Positions 1 through 11,215 of a stretch of 23,559 nucleotides of DNA are shown one piece after another. A model generated the notes under the pieces. That model saw nothing but the letters and a program-made list of their open reading frames with translations, did no database searches and was not told where the DNA came from. The stretch's first letter is position 1. The number at the start of each line of letters is the position of its first letter. Location of the stretch: positions 484,790 through 508,348 of the forward strand of contig CAXITT010000282.1 in assembly GCA_964033795.1 (NCBI GenBank), in the 5' to 3' direction. A program made the translations under genes and the position numbers. This DNA comes from Lymnaea stagnalis (taxonomy: Eukaryota).

Positions 1-195
1 AAAAATATCGTCTTGCGGGTCACAAATGGCTTGCGGGCCGCGAGTTTGAGACCCCTATTTTAGATGTTTATTTATTAATATTCACGATTATCTCATTTTT
101 AATAAAAAGAATTTAAATATTTATACTTTCCCTCATCATTTTCGATGTATGCAGATGTATGCGAGATCGAATTTCAAAATAACTTAATATTACAT

Positions 196-357
196 TTTCG
201 GTTTCGGCTTCGGTTTCGGCCGAAATTCATTTTTAATATTCGGCCCTTTTTCGGTTTCGGCCGAAAGTCATTTTTAAACCTTCGGCCTTTTTTCGGTTTC
301 GGCCGAAAGTCATTTTAAACTTTCGGCCTATTTTCGGCTTCGGCCGAAATCAGAAAA
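196..357. repeat. About 44-bp tandem repeat (about 3.5 copies), each unit carrying the perfect 12-bp palindrome TTTCGGCCGAAA
   Basis: Direct reading: 'ttcggtttcggccgaaagtcatttttaaaccttcggcctttt' recurs with a period of about 44 bp. The palindrome can form a hairpin or cruciform. Confidence 0.8.
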
Positions 358-377
358 TCACTTTCGGTCGGTCTCTA

Positions 378-512
378 ATGCTCACATAACTTATTAAACC
401 AACTCATGACCAACAACTATTCCCTACATGACCCTATCATGCTCACATAACTATTAAACCAACTCATGACCAAAAAATATTTCCTACATGACCCTATCAT
501 GCTCACAAAACC
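378..512. repeat. 61-62-bp tandem repeat, about 2.3 copies ('atgctcacataacttattaaaccaactcatgaccaacaactattccctacatgaccctatc')
   Basis: Unit starts at 378, 439 and 499 with near-identical sequence. Confidence 0.85.
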
Positions 513-995
513 ACTTCATAACATCCTATAACTTTGTATTCTTTACCACAAAAAAGACAATTGATACATATGGTAGCATTTTGTAAAATGGTTATTTTTC
601 CTGTTAACTGAGACAGATAGTTATACAAGGCAAATAGTTTGGGAAGAAAAGGCAAAAGCGAGAGTGCCAGAGCCACAAAGAGTGAGACTTTCAAAGGAAG
701 CCTTGGGTAAGCTAAATCAATGTTTAGGCATACTTACTTACTTACCTACTTATGCCTTTAACCCTGTCTGGGACATAGGCAGTCGACAAGAAATTTCCAT
801 TCTCTTGGTCCTGTGCTTCCATTTCATTTAGGGATACTATTCACATTTTTAAAGCTCTAATTACCTGCCAACTGTTAAGGCAACTTGAAGGTCTTTTGAA
901 ATCGAAAGATCCATGAAGAGTTAGCTGGTTAAATGGAATGTTATGCTGATGTGATGATCTGTTATTTCGAAAATACAGTAGAAACTGGTATACTT

Positions 996-996
996 G

Positions 997-1030
<34 letters not shown>
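996..1030. repeat. (GA)n microsatellite
   Basis: 'gagagaaagagagagagagagagagagagagaga' read directly. Confidence 0.95.
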
Positions 1031-1362
1031 TACAAAAAACACGACTATGGTACTCAGAGTCGTATTCTGTAACCCAAAAATGAACACTTCACACCAGTGA
1101 AGGTAAGGAAATATCAAATCAAACTTTACATCAGTCTAGTATAGGATACATCATCACAAAGTGGTATTTTTAATCTGATCAACAGCAAACTACTCACAAA
1201 AAACTGTGATCCAAAACTTTGATATCAGATCATATTTTTTATGCCACAATGCTTTATATAACTATTCAAACCATTTTGTTCTAATTTTTTATCATCATCA
1301 TCTACTATTATGATTTTTTGAAACAGTTTAGAACAACCCTGGACACAATCAGCTCTGTTCAA

Positions 1363-1810
1363 AATTAGTTGTGATTAAAATTAGCTCTCGTTACAATTAG
1401 TCCTGGTCACAATTTACCCCCTGGTTTCAGTTAGTCCTCATTAGATTTAGTCCTGGTCACAATTAGTCCTGATCAAGATTAGTCCTGGTCACAATTAGTC
1501 CTGTTTACATTAGCCATGATTAGAATTAGTACTAACCACAATTAGCCCTGGTCACAATTAGCCCTGGTCACAATTAGCCCTGGTCACAATTAGCCCTGGT
1601 CACAATTAGCCCTGGTCATAATTAGCCATGATTAAAATTAGTCCTGGCCACAATTAGCTCTTTCACAATTAGTCCTGGTCACAATTAGCTGTGATTAGAA
1701 TTAGTCCTGGTCACAATTACCCATGGTCACAATTAATCCTGGTCACAATTAGCTGTGATTAGAATTAGTCCTGGTCACAATTACCCGTGGTCACAATTAA
1801 TCCTGATCAT
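1363..1810. repeat. 16-bp satellite array, about 27 units of 'tagtcctggtcacaat' and variants (tagccctggtcacaat, tagctgtgattagaat)
   Basis: Contiguous head-to-tail 16-mers with no spacers. It is a satellite, not a CRISPR array. Confidence 0.9.
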
Positions 1811-2083
1811 TGATTTCCTACAGCACTGCTGTTTCATCAGTATTGACCAAAGTTGAACTGACTTGATGCTCTGTCCAAATGGTCAGATGGATAAATTACT
1901 TTACGAAAGGGCAGTACGAGGCAGTAATGTACAATCATATTATATAATAATAGAAACATGTTTGCCCACAGAGATGACATGATCGCATCAGAACTGCATG
2001 CCTTAAAATGGTATTTTGATGTCAAAATTTATCCACATGAATCAACAATCAAATAAAACTGAGCCGTTTTTTTTCTCTTTTAG

Positions 2084-2164
2084 ATTCTGGACTGTCTTTG
2101 GAATCCCATCGTTCACGACGAGATGTTAATGCACTATGTATGGGTTATGAAAGAATGTCCTCAG
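2084..2164 (+). CDS. Candidate internal exon (81 nt) with a strong polypyrimidine/AG acceptor and a CAG|GTGAAT donor
   Basis: The acceptor 'ccgttttttttctcttttag' ends at 2083 and the donor 'gtgaat' starts at 2165. Two frames are open. The phase-1 frame gives ..SGLSLESHRSRRDVNALCMGYERMSS(G), and as a phase-1/phase-1 symmetric exon it matches the phase of the downstream candidate exons. Frame 0 gives ILDCLWNPIVHDEMLMHYVWVMKECPQ. Confidence 0.3.
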
Positions 2165-2291
2165 GTGAATACAGTAGCTGCTAGTAGAACTATTCCTATG
2201 TAATAAAGTCATTCATTCTTCTATATTGTTCTATTTTCAACAAAACCTGAACCAAAGTAGCGAACCCAGCCACCTCCAAAACATCTCATTT

Positions 2292-2350
2292 CATAGAACC
2301 GTTTGGGTTGGGGGGGAGTGGGGGGGAGGTGGGGGGTAGGGGGGAGTGGG
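2292..2350 (+). other. G-tract cluster (G7-G8 runs) with G-quadruplex potential
   Basis: 'gggggggagtgggggggaggtggggggtaggggggagtgggggggtg'. It lies on the minus strand of the local small ORF and has no coding support. Confidence 0.6.
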
Positions 2351-2792
2351 GGGGTGTCGAGTGTGCAAGAGTTTTGTAATTTTAAATTCACATTCTTTGA
2401 CATTCCTGATCTATCTGAAGTCTCTGACATACAACCTACGACAATACAGCGAGAATATGTTTTCATGTGACCCTTATGATTAAATAAGACAAAATATTTG
2501 TGGGGTTTTTTTTTGTTATTAATATTGCCTGTCGAACTCATGAATAACAAAATATGCTTTTGGGCACAATATGAAATGAATAATAATTATGAGTCGGTTC
2601 AAGTCTGCCACACAGCAAAAAGTCCGGCAAATTAGTGTAAACTCTTCTGAGATGGATTTCATTGCACTGTGGGAAGCAGCACCTGTTATAGCATATTAAA
2701 TATTTAAGTAGTATTTTTAGATTTGTCAATAGTTCAAAGAGGGAATGCATGATGGGTATTATTGAATGGGATGAATAAATCCACGGAGTGAA

Positions 2793-3290
2793 TGGGTTAA
2801 GTTTGGGCTTCCTGGGTTAAGTTTGGGCTTCCTGGGTTAAGTTTGGACTTCCTGGGTTAAGTTTGGGCTTCCTGGATTAAATTTGGGCTTCCTGGGTTAA
2901 TTTTTAAGCTTCCTGGGTTAAATCTGGGCTTTCTGGGTTAAGTTTGGGGCAGCCTCAATTAGCTTGGGTTTCCTGGGTTAAGTTTGGGACAGCCTTGGTT
3001 AGTTTTTAAATGCCTTGGTTAGTTTAGGCTGCCTCTGTGAGTTTGGGCAGCCTCGGTTAGTTTGGGCGTCCTCGGATAGTTTGGGCATCCTGGGTTAATT
3101 TGGGCAGCCTTGGTTAGTGTGGGCTGTCACAGTTAGTTTAGGCTGCCTCAATTAGCGTTTGACATTCTTGATTAGCCTCAGACAGGCTTAGTTAGCTTTG
3201 GACATCCTTGGTTAGCTTTGGATAGTAGCTGTTAGTTTTTTGTTTGTTTGCAGCCTCAGTTTTGGATAGCCTCAGATTGTTTTCAACAGC
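2793..3290. repeat. 19-20-bp minisatellite ('gggttaagtttgggcttcct' grading into 'gttagtttgggcagcctcg'), copy 1 of 3
   Basis: Tandem units read directly. The same array recurs at 8150-8645 and 9195-9470, each time immediately 5' of the cassette-exon block. Confidence 0.9.
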
Positions 3291-4640
3291 CTCTATAAAT
3301 ATTGGTTCCCATGTCATTTTTTGTTAGATTCACCAATATATACAAATATATTGCTATGATTCTTGGTAATATTAACAACATTAAAAGTGAAAACTTGTGT
3401 GGGTGAAAATCATTGTTAAGCAGACTGGTTAATGTCTTAGCAACATCCGTGCCCCTCGTTTCTGATTATAGTCTATAATATTCCTTTTTGTTTTGACAGA
3501 ATCAGCTGAGCAAGATATTGATTTTGATAGTTTATTGGAATCCTTGGATTATTCTTATGGTGAGAAAGCACCTTAATGGCTGGTTTTGTTTTCAGGTTTA
3601 GAATTGGAGTGCGCTCTATTTATATTTCAGTGGTTTCCAAACTGTTTATGTGTCACCAGGCCCTAGCTGCTTCTAGGTTTTTCCCAAAACACCATCTTTC
3701 AAGTGACTTAATAATAAACGAAATTAAGTTGATTATTATATATTTAAATTAATTTAAAACTGAGACAGTGCAAAACTGAAAGCTATTTATATATAAGCAC
3801 AAAGCATGAGAAACTGCTAACAAAATAGATAAAGTTATAAATTGAGTAGCCCCTGCTAGTATCCATTTGAAAAGGCTTTGCAAAACAGTTATTACAAAGT
3901 GAGTTACTAGTTTGTAATGAAAGCACTAAATATCATGTAACATTACCGGATGACATATTGAACCACTTTGGGGCACCCCTGTGAGAGAGAGCCGTGGCTT
4001 GCCAAAGCGTGCAGCTTAGGCACCTATCTTATATGTTTATACTTTTTCTATATCAACAGCTTTATAAAAGGGAACAGGTACAAAAATGAAAAGTAATAAC
4101 CATAAGGAAACTCTTGACTTTGCAATCAGGAGTTCACTGTACACCATGTGTACACCAGAAAAATATCTATTTGGAAAACAAATTGATTGCATCAAACCCA
4201 TTCAAAATTTCAAATTATTCCGTCCGTTGCGGAGCAATAACCCATCCCCATAACAAAGGCACAGAGCTTGTCATTAGTTAAAACTTAATTATAGTTATTT
4301 CTAGACTCTAGACTCCCAAATTGAACAGAATTGACATGTACATTTGTAAAGGCAAAATAACCAAGTGTCTAATTATAAAAATAAATCTAACTAAAACAAT
4401 GTCATTTAATTCTGAAATTACTGTATCCTTAAAATTTCTTCATCTATACAAAATTGAATTACCAAGTCACAATCTTATCTAATCATAAATTTAATAAATT
4501 TCTTTAAAAAAAAATTGAAGTGTTACAACTGTGTAAATAATAAAATTGGGGTGCAAATGCAGAAAAATTTGATCAACTTACAAAAGAAGGCATACAAATT
4601 CTTTGAAACTTTTCATTAAATTAATTCTCAAGTGGATTAT
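3290..4640 (+). repeat. Cassette-exon-bearing duplicated block, copy 1 (full length, about 1.35 kb)
   Basis: It aligns colinearly with 9470-10800 (full) and 8650-9215 (5' part only) at roughly 85-90% identity. Confidence 0.85.
3500..3559 (+). CDS. Candidate 60-nt phase-1 symmetric cassette exon, copy 1 (..E-SAEQDIDFDSLLESLDYSY-G..)
   Basis: Acceptor 'ttcctttttgttttgacag' and donor 'GTGAGA'. Both the phase-1 and phase-0 frames are open; phase 1 was chosen because it is the phase the strong acceptor at 16100 (E6) requires of the preceding exon. The exon and its splice sites are conserved in all three duplicated copies. Confidence 0.35.
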
Positions 4641-4807
4641 CGGTACTTCAATTTTAATTCACTGCAAAAATTATTAATATTCACACTTTCGATAAAACAA
4701 ACGTTCTTTTGCATTAAAACATATTTACTTCTTTTATTAAAGTCTTCCGCAAATGTGGTGGCCAAATTTGAACAATATCGTCTGTCAAAAAAATTATGAA
4801 GATCTCC

Positions 4808-6440
4808 TTTAGCCAGCTCATAAGCTGACCATGCCACTTTTCCCCTGAAATCTTAGCTCTATATTAGTATATGCAGTACTCATTGTTCAGCATCTGACAG
4901 GATAGAGGTAATCCCTCTGAAAATCTCTCTGGTTACACTACCAAGCCTGGGTCAGATACTTTGTGAAGAATTACCCCTTTAATCCCCAGTGTACTATGAC
5001 TGGAAGGCGAGACATATGCTGGTAAATCATATCCTACTGATCTTAGTCATTGCCATCTGATTTTTCACTCATCTTCTTCCTTAGGCCACATATTATCTCC
5101 TGTTGCAAAGAGTATGTCACCCTGTTCTGAGTGGTCCTCACAAAGTTATTGGAATTTTTCACAAGTTTTTAAAGAACCTTTAAAAGACAAAGATACACAT
5201 CTACTGCATAACATCCCTACACAAACATTTTTAAAAATATAACTCCTCGAACTGTTACGTTAGCGTGATGTAGAAATAAAATACCGCAGCTATTGTTGTT
5301 GTCATAGTTTTGGGTTTGAAATGTTGCATGTTCCAATTGTGGCACACCGGGCAAATCTGTGACCACCAGGACTAATGGTATCTTTTGGTGTTGTACAACT
5401 TTAACAACTCTTAAAATGTCCTCCACCTCTAACGTTACATGTTTGAGAAAAGATGATACAATTGAAGCAAAGGCTGTAGTGATACAACCTTCTAATAATG
5501 ATTCAGCACCTGTTTTCTGACGAGGACTCGTGAGATTAAACAGGTGGAGCAATAAATAATTTACCATGGTGTCTGTCTTAAGCATCTGCATGTCTTACTC
5601 CTTATAATGAAGTCTGATCCATGTGCAGATGATGCATCATCTCAAGATTTCTTCCTTGATGATGTTCTACTAACTTCAACGGAGGAGCAAGCACCCATGA
5701 AAAAGAGCAAGAAAGGGAAAAAAATTTATGGCATGGGGATAAAGTTGGACTCAACTGCACAACCCCCAGCAGGTAGAGTGACAGAACCACTAAACCATTT
5801 TCTTCTTTCTATCAACGCAGCGTAGCCAATTAAAACATTTTGTTTTTTTGAGTCTGAAGTGCTAATTTACAGGAAATACCACAGTAGAAAGTGGAACAAG
5901 AGAGGATGGGACTAGTTAGCCTTGGAAGGGAACTCATCTAAGAGAAGGCAAACTCTGAATTCAAACCAGGAGCCAAAATGATCAATAAATTGATCGTGGC
6001 CCCTCAAAAATAAAGGGCTCTGCGTTTTAGGTGTCCTAAAAGTGGGAGCGGCTGCTGTTTTCTTGTTCAAGTGCAAGATGGATGTACAATTTTTTTCAGA
6101 CAATTTCCTCCGGAAAGGGTGGGAATTTCAGATTTCCGGGTGAGCAGTGCCAGTTGCATAGCTAAGGGTGGGGGGAACAGAAGGGACAAATGTGTCCAGG
6201 CGGCAGACTATTCGGGATGCGAAAATAGAGCTTTTTAATGGGTTTCAGAGTTGGGGGGAGGTGGGATAAAAATGAATCTTGTCCCCTGATGCCCTAACAC
6301 TCCAGCTGCCACTCTGCTAGTGGTGTAAAAAGGGGGTTGGGCATGGATGGGCTGGTCCACCTAGGTTTTTCTTTATATGGAGCGGCAGCATGATCGGACA
6401 ACTGCAGAGTTTGTATCATGAAAGGTGAGTGGGCCAAAAA
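4808..6440. repeat. Segmentally duplicated block R, copy A (about 1.6 kb)
   Basis: Colinear with 11216-12935. It contains one copy of a 50-bp motif (5325-5380) that is expanded sixfold in copy B. No TIRs or TSDs are discernible, so it is treated as part of the tandem segmental duplication, not as a transposon. Confidence 0.8.
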
Positions 6441-7539
6441 TCTTAAGTATGTGAAGGACTTCACTTCTTCCAGTGCCTTTCTTGCCAGAGAGATATGCTA
6501 TTGTTTGGCTGAGTTTACCTTCATGATCATTGTCTTGTTTCATTTATATTGAGTCTGAGCTGTGCTGAAATGGAGAATACGTCTTTCATCTTTTCCTGTA
6601 TTTGTTGCTGGTTGTGGGACAGAAGAAGTGCTACATCATATGCATAGTCTAGGACATTCAGTTGTTTACAGTTTCCCAGAGTGTGCACTGTATCCCGTTC
6701 CTCTTTTTGTCTGTGGATTTTTTCATTATCCAATCAATGGTGAGGATGAATAGGAAAAGGGACAAGAGACATCCCTTCAGTGTCCACTTTAAAGTCATCA
6801 GTGAGTCTACATTCGTGGACCACCCTGCAAAGGTGGTTTTGTATCGTGTTATTAAAGTCTTTAAAACTTGTAAAGTTTGCAAAAAATAAATAATCGAGAA
6901 TACTGATATGTGCGAATTATACAGATAATCAAATTTATTGAGTGCAGCGATATTTCATAGGCTCCAATAATTGTAATTGGTTCAAGGCACCAGTTACTAT
7001 TATTTTTAAAAACATAAAAATAACAATTGCTCTATTTTTTACAAATAAAATATAGTTTCTTTTTATTGTTATAAATTTGTCTTTTTGTGGGGTGGGGTGG
7101 GGGAGTGGGGGCACTTGACTTTCCGTGGGGGAGCCCGGAAAGATTCCTGAAAGTGACACTGAGTGGAATCACTTAACAAGAGTGCATAGAGTTAGAGAAA
7201 TATATCCTACCTAGTTCACATATTCTCTCTGATGGATAGATGGAAGGTTTATGCCAAAATAAATCATATTCATATTAAACATGGAATCTACCAACACTCC
7301 ATTTAGGTATGTCAACAAAACTGCTGCAACCCAAATGATGCTTGCACTGGTGTTCACACAAAGAATGCATAAACTATATCGATGAGCAAGAAACGCAAAC
7401 TGAAAAGATAGTTAGGCATTAGCCACACATCTATCACTTCTTATTCCCTTCATTGTTACTTCAGGGAAAATCTATGATAAACTCAAGCTCTGTTAGCCGA
7501 GATATTATGTTCTTTTCATACATTAAGTTGTTACAATTG

Positions 7540-8135
7540 TTTCTAGTTTTAAAATGTTGTTTTGGCAGGAATATGTGCTAAAATGAATGTGTACAATGAA
7601 ATTAAAAATGTTTGCATTTCATTAGATTAATAGAAGAATCTAATCATATAAAAAGAATAACCTGATAGAATATAGCTCTTCAGACCCAAAAACTACAATT
7701 TGTGAATAGCAGCTGCCGAAGTGCTAGATTAACTTTTTTTCATTTTAACATTAACTCCCACAGAAATTCTTAAACTGAGTGATGATGCCAATTTCATGTA
7801 AGTCTTAGCTTAACTAGTTTTTGAATTCTATTATTTTCTGATAAGTTTGGTCTCAATTCCTGGAAGGCGTATGTTCACTGACCTGATGACAGATGTCCAT
7901 ACTGCACATGTTGGTGGTGCCATGAGACTTGACCGTGTTGATACTATATTTTCTTACTTGCTTGATGCTGACAGTGCAAATTTGGACACAGTGGTCATGT
8001 TTCCCAAGTTTCAGCATCTCATAAACAATCTCGATGAAGTGCATGAAATTCATTTTAAATAAAACATTTCCGCTTTGATGAATCTATGGCTCATCACTTT
8101 GGTCGTCATGGGTGCAGAGAAAGTATTTGGCTAGT
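7540..8135. repeat. Segmentally duplicated block S, copy A
   Basis: Colinear with 13140-13690 at roughly 93% identity. Both copies carry a 71-codon TTG-initiated ORF, but 6 of 8 substitutions between copies are nonsynonymous, so it is not scored as coding. Confidence 0.8.
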
Positions 8136-8149
8136 TTTTTACAGCATTT

Positions 8150-8645
8150 GTTTTTTGGGGCAGCATCGGTTAGTTTGGGCAGCTTCGGTTAGTTTTGGCA
8201 TTCTTGGTTAGTTTGGTTAGTTTGGGCATCCTCTTGGTTAGTTTGGGCATCTTCAGTTTGGGAGCCTCGGTTAGTTTGGGCATTGTTAGTTAGTTTGGGC
8301 ATTGTTAGTTAGTTTGGGCATCGTTAGTTAGTTTGGGCATCCTCTTGGTTAGTTCGGGCATCTTCAGTTTGGGAAGCCTCGGTTAGTTTGGGTAGCCTCG
8401 GTTAGTTTGGGTAGTCTCGATTAGTTTGGGTAGCCTTGGCTAGTTTGGGCATTGTTAGTTAGTTTGGGCAGCCTCAATTACTTTGAACAGCCTATATAAA
8501 TTTGGGTAGCCTTGCTTAGTTTGGGCATCCTCAATTCGTGTGCGACATTCTTGATTAACCTCGGAACGCCTTGGTTAGTTTTGGACAACTTTGGTTAACT
8601 TTGGAGAGCAGCTGTTAGTTTTTTTTTTTTTTTTGCAGCCTCAGT
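8150..8645. repeat. 19-20-bp 'gttagtttgggc...' minisatellite, copy 2
   Basis: Same unit family as 2793-3290. It ends in a T15 run at 8618-8635. Confidence 0.9.
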
Positions 8646-8875
8646 TTTGGATAGCCTCAGATAATTTTGAACAGGCCCTATAAATTCACCAATAAATTTA
8701 GATTCACCATTGTGTACTAATTTTGCTGTGGTTCTTTGCAATATTAACAACATTAAAAGTGAATACTCGTGTGGGTTGAAAGTCATTGTTAAGGAGACAG
8801 TTTAATGTCTTAGCAACATCTGTGCCCCTGACTTCTGATAATCATTTCTAATATTCCTTTTTTTGTTGTTGACAG

Positions 8876-8938
8876 AATCAGCTGAGCCAGATATTGATTT
8901 ATTTAGTGAGACTCAAGCTTTTCAATCCTTGGATGATG
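8876..8938 (+). CDS. Candidate 63-nt phase-1 symmetric cassette exon, copy 2 (..E-SAEPDIDLFSETQAFQSLDD-G..)
   Basis: Acceptor 'ttcctttttttgttgttgacag' and donor 'GTGAGA'. The frame is open and the length difference from copy 1 is +3 nt. Confidence 0.35.
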
Positions 8939-9194
8939 GTGAGAAAGCACCTTAATGGCTCAAAACAGCGGGTTTAGAATGGGAGTGTGCTCTATTTATA
9001 TGTCGGGGTCTCCAAACTGTTTTCGTGTCCCCAGCCCCTTTCTGCATCTAGGTTTTTCCCAAAACACCACCTTTCAAGTGACTTAATAATAAACGATATT
9101 AACTTGATAAATATGTTTAAATGAATTTAAAACTTGAGCAGTGCAAAACTGACAGCTTTTTATATATAAGATACAAAGCTTGAGAAACTGTTAA

Positions 9195-9470
9195 ACAAAT
9201 TTGTCTCAGTTAGTTTTGGGCATTCTGGGTAAGTTTCGGGAGCCTCGGTTATTTTGGGCATCCTAGGTTAGAATGGATAGTTTGGGCATTCTCTGTTAGT
9301 TTGGGCAGCCTCTGTTAGTTTTGGCTGCCACAATTAGCATTGAACATCCTTGATTAGCCTCGGACAGGCTTAGTTAGTTTTGGACATCCTTGATTAGCTT
9401 TGGATAGCAGCTGTTAGTTGCTTTTTTTCAGCCTCAGTTTTGTATAGCCCCAGATAGTTTTGAACAGCCT
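9195..9470. repeat. 19-20-bp minisatellite, copy 3 (short)
   Basis: It follows the truncated cassette block 8650-9215 directly and precedes the full cassette block 9470-10800. Confidence 0.85.
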
Positions 9471-9676
9471 CTATAAATTTTGGTTCCCGTGTCATTTTTG
9501 TTAGATTCACCAATATGTATAAATATATTGCTATGAGTCTTTTCAATATTAACAACATTAAAAGTAAATACTCGTGTGGGGTGAAAGTTAATTTTAAGCA
9601 GCCAGGTTAATGTCTTAGCAACATCTGTGCCCCTGGTTTTTTATGATAGTTTCGAATGTTCCTTTTTTTTGGACAG

Positions 9677-9739
9677 AATCAGCTGAGCCAGATATTTATT
9701 TATGTAGAGAGACGAAAGCTTTTCAATCCTTGGATGATG
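9677..9739 (+). CDS. Candidate 63-nt phase-1 symmetric cassette exon, copy 3 (..E-SAEPDIYLCRETKAFQSLDD-G..)
   Basis: Acceptor 'cctttttttt..ggacag' and donor 'GTAAGA'. The frame is open. Compared with copy 2 there are 4 nonsynonymous and 1 synonymous changes, so there is no sign of purifying selection and this copy may be decaying. Confidence 0.28.
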
Positions 9740-10988
9740 GTAAGAAAGCAACTTAATGGCTCCAAATAGCCACCTGGTCTAATGTTGGCTTTAAAATGGG
9801 AGTGTGCTCTATTTATATGTCAGAGGTTTCTAAACTGTTTTAGTGTCACCTGGCCCTTGCTGCTTCTAGGGTTTTCCCAAAACACCAACTTTCAATTGAC
9901 TTAATAATGAACGATATTAAGTTGATAAATATATGTTTAAATTAATTTAAAACTTGAACAGTGCAAAACTGATAGATATTTATATACAAGACACAAGGCT
10001 TGAGAAACTGCTAAACAAAATTGATAAAGTTATAAATGGCGTAGCCCCTGCTTGTATCCATTTGAAAAGGCTATGGCTAACAGTTATTACAAAGTGAGTT
10101 ACTAGTTTGTACCGAATCCACTAAATGTCATGTAATATTACAGGATGACATTTTTTAACACTTGGCGGCACCCCTGTGAGGAAGCCCTGGCTTTCCACAG
10201 TGTGCATTTTAGGAACCTATCTTATATGTTTAAGCTTTTTCTAGAGCAATGGCTTTATAAAAGTTAAAGGGAACAGGTACGAAAATGAAAAGTAACAACC
10301 GTAAGGAAACTCTTGTTATTGCAATCTGGAGTTCACTGTACACCATGGGTACACAAGAAAAATAGCTATTTGGAAAACAAATTGATTGCATCAACCCCAT
10401 TCAAAATTTCAAATAATTCCGTCTGTCTGTCGGGGAGCAATAACACATCCCCATAACAAAGGCACAGAGCTTGTTATAGTTATTTCTAGACTCCCATATT
10501 TAACAGCATTGACATGTATATTTGTAATGGCGAAATGAAACCAAGTGTCTAATTATGATGTAAAGCTAACTAAAACAATGTCATTTAATTCTGAAATTTC
10601 TATAACCTTACAATTTCTTCACTTATACAAAATCATAAATGAATTACCAAGTCAAAATCTAATTATAAATTTAATTAAAAATTTAAAAAATTGAAGCTTT
10701 ACAACTGTTTAAATAATAAAATTGCGGTGCATTTGCAGACAAATTTGATCAACTTACAAAAGAAGGCATAATAATTCTTCAAAACTTTTCTTTGCATTAT
10801 TTCCTAATGAATCTTTCATACTGGTACTCACACGGATACTCATTCAGATACTCATTCATTCTAATGGCTGCTTAAGCAGGACAAGTGGGTCATCATATCT
10901 GTAGTGTCTGAATGTATTTGTTAGTTTAGTTTATCTAAAAAAATCTGTTCAGATCATTGATGAAAAAAATGTTGAACATATTTTTCAG

Positions 10989-11036
10989 ATAAGCAAAAGA
11001 CATCAAGATTAGCAAAGACATCAGCAGAAGAGGAAG
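10989..11036 (+). CDS. Candidate 48-nt phase-1 symmetric exon (..D-KQKTSRLAKTSAEEE-G..)
   Basis: Acceptor 'atatttttcag' and donor GAAG|GTACAG. Only the phase-1 frame is open; the other two hit TAA/TAG. It has no counterpart in duplication copy A. Confidence 0.3.
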
Positions 11037-11215
11037 GTACAGTAGAGAAGCATGCTTGCATATTTTAACTCTCTTTAAGTTCCTGAATAAATATGTTTTA
11101 GATTAAAATGATAGGTCAAATAATATTTTACAGATTGTATGTGTAAGTTTTGGCATCATTGGGTTTGAACCAATTATTGCAATTACTGCAGACACACGCT
11201 CTATAAAGCCTGTTA

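Noticed and set aside
1363-3290. CRISPR-like regular short repeats
   Set aside because: Units are contiguous with no unique spacers, and the DNA is clearly eukaryotic, with introns, retroelement and MITE. These are satellites or minisatellites.
5217-5825. ORFs in block R: minus 5217-5591 / 11766-12140 and plus 5607-5825 / 12184-12453
   Set aside because: The minus ORF is broken and rephased by the 50-bp expansion in copy B. The plus ORF pair differs by a 51-bp in-frame indel, but it has no splice signals and its peptide is not recognisable. It could be a transposon remnant, but I cannot support that.
4808-6440. Block R as an autonomous mobile element
   Set aside because: No terminal inverted or direct repeats and no TSDs. 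Its two copies keep the same neighbours (S block downstream, cassette upstream), so it is better explained as part of the 6.4-kb segmental duplication.
7847-8062. 71-codon ORF conserved in both S-block copies (also 13420-13635)
   Set aside because: Its 'start' is TTG. Of the 8 substitutions between copies, 6 are nonsynonymous (T>N, A>S, V>I, I>L, F>L, L>H). There is no splice context, so this is neutral duplicated intronic DNA.
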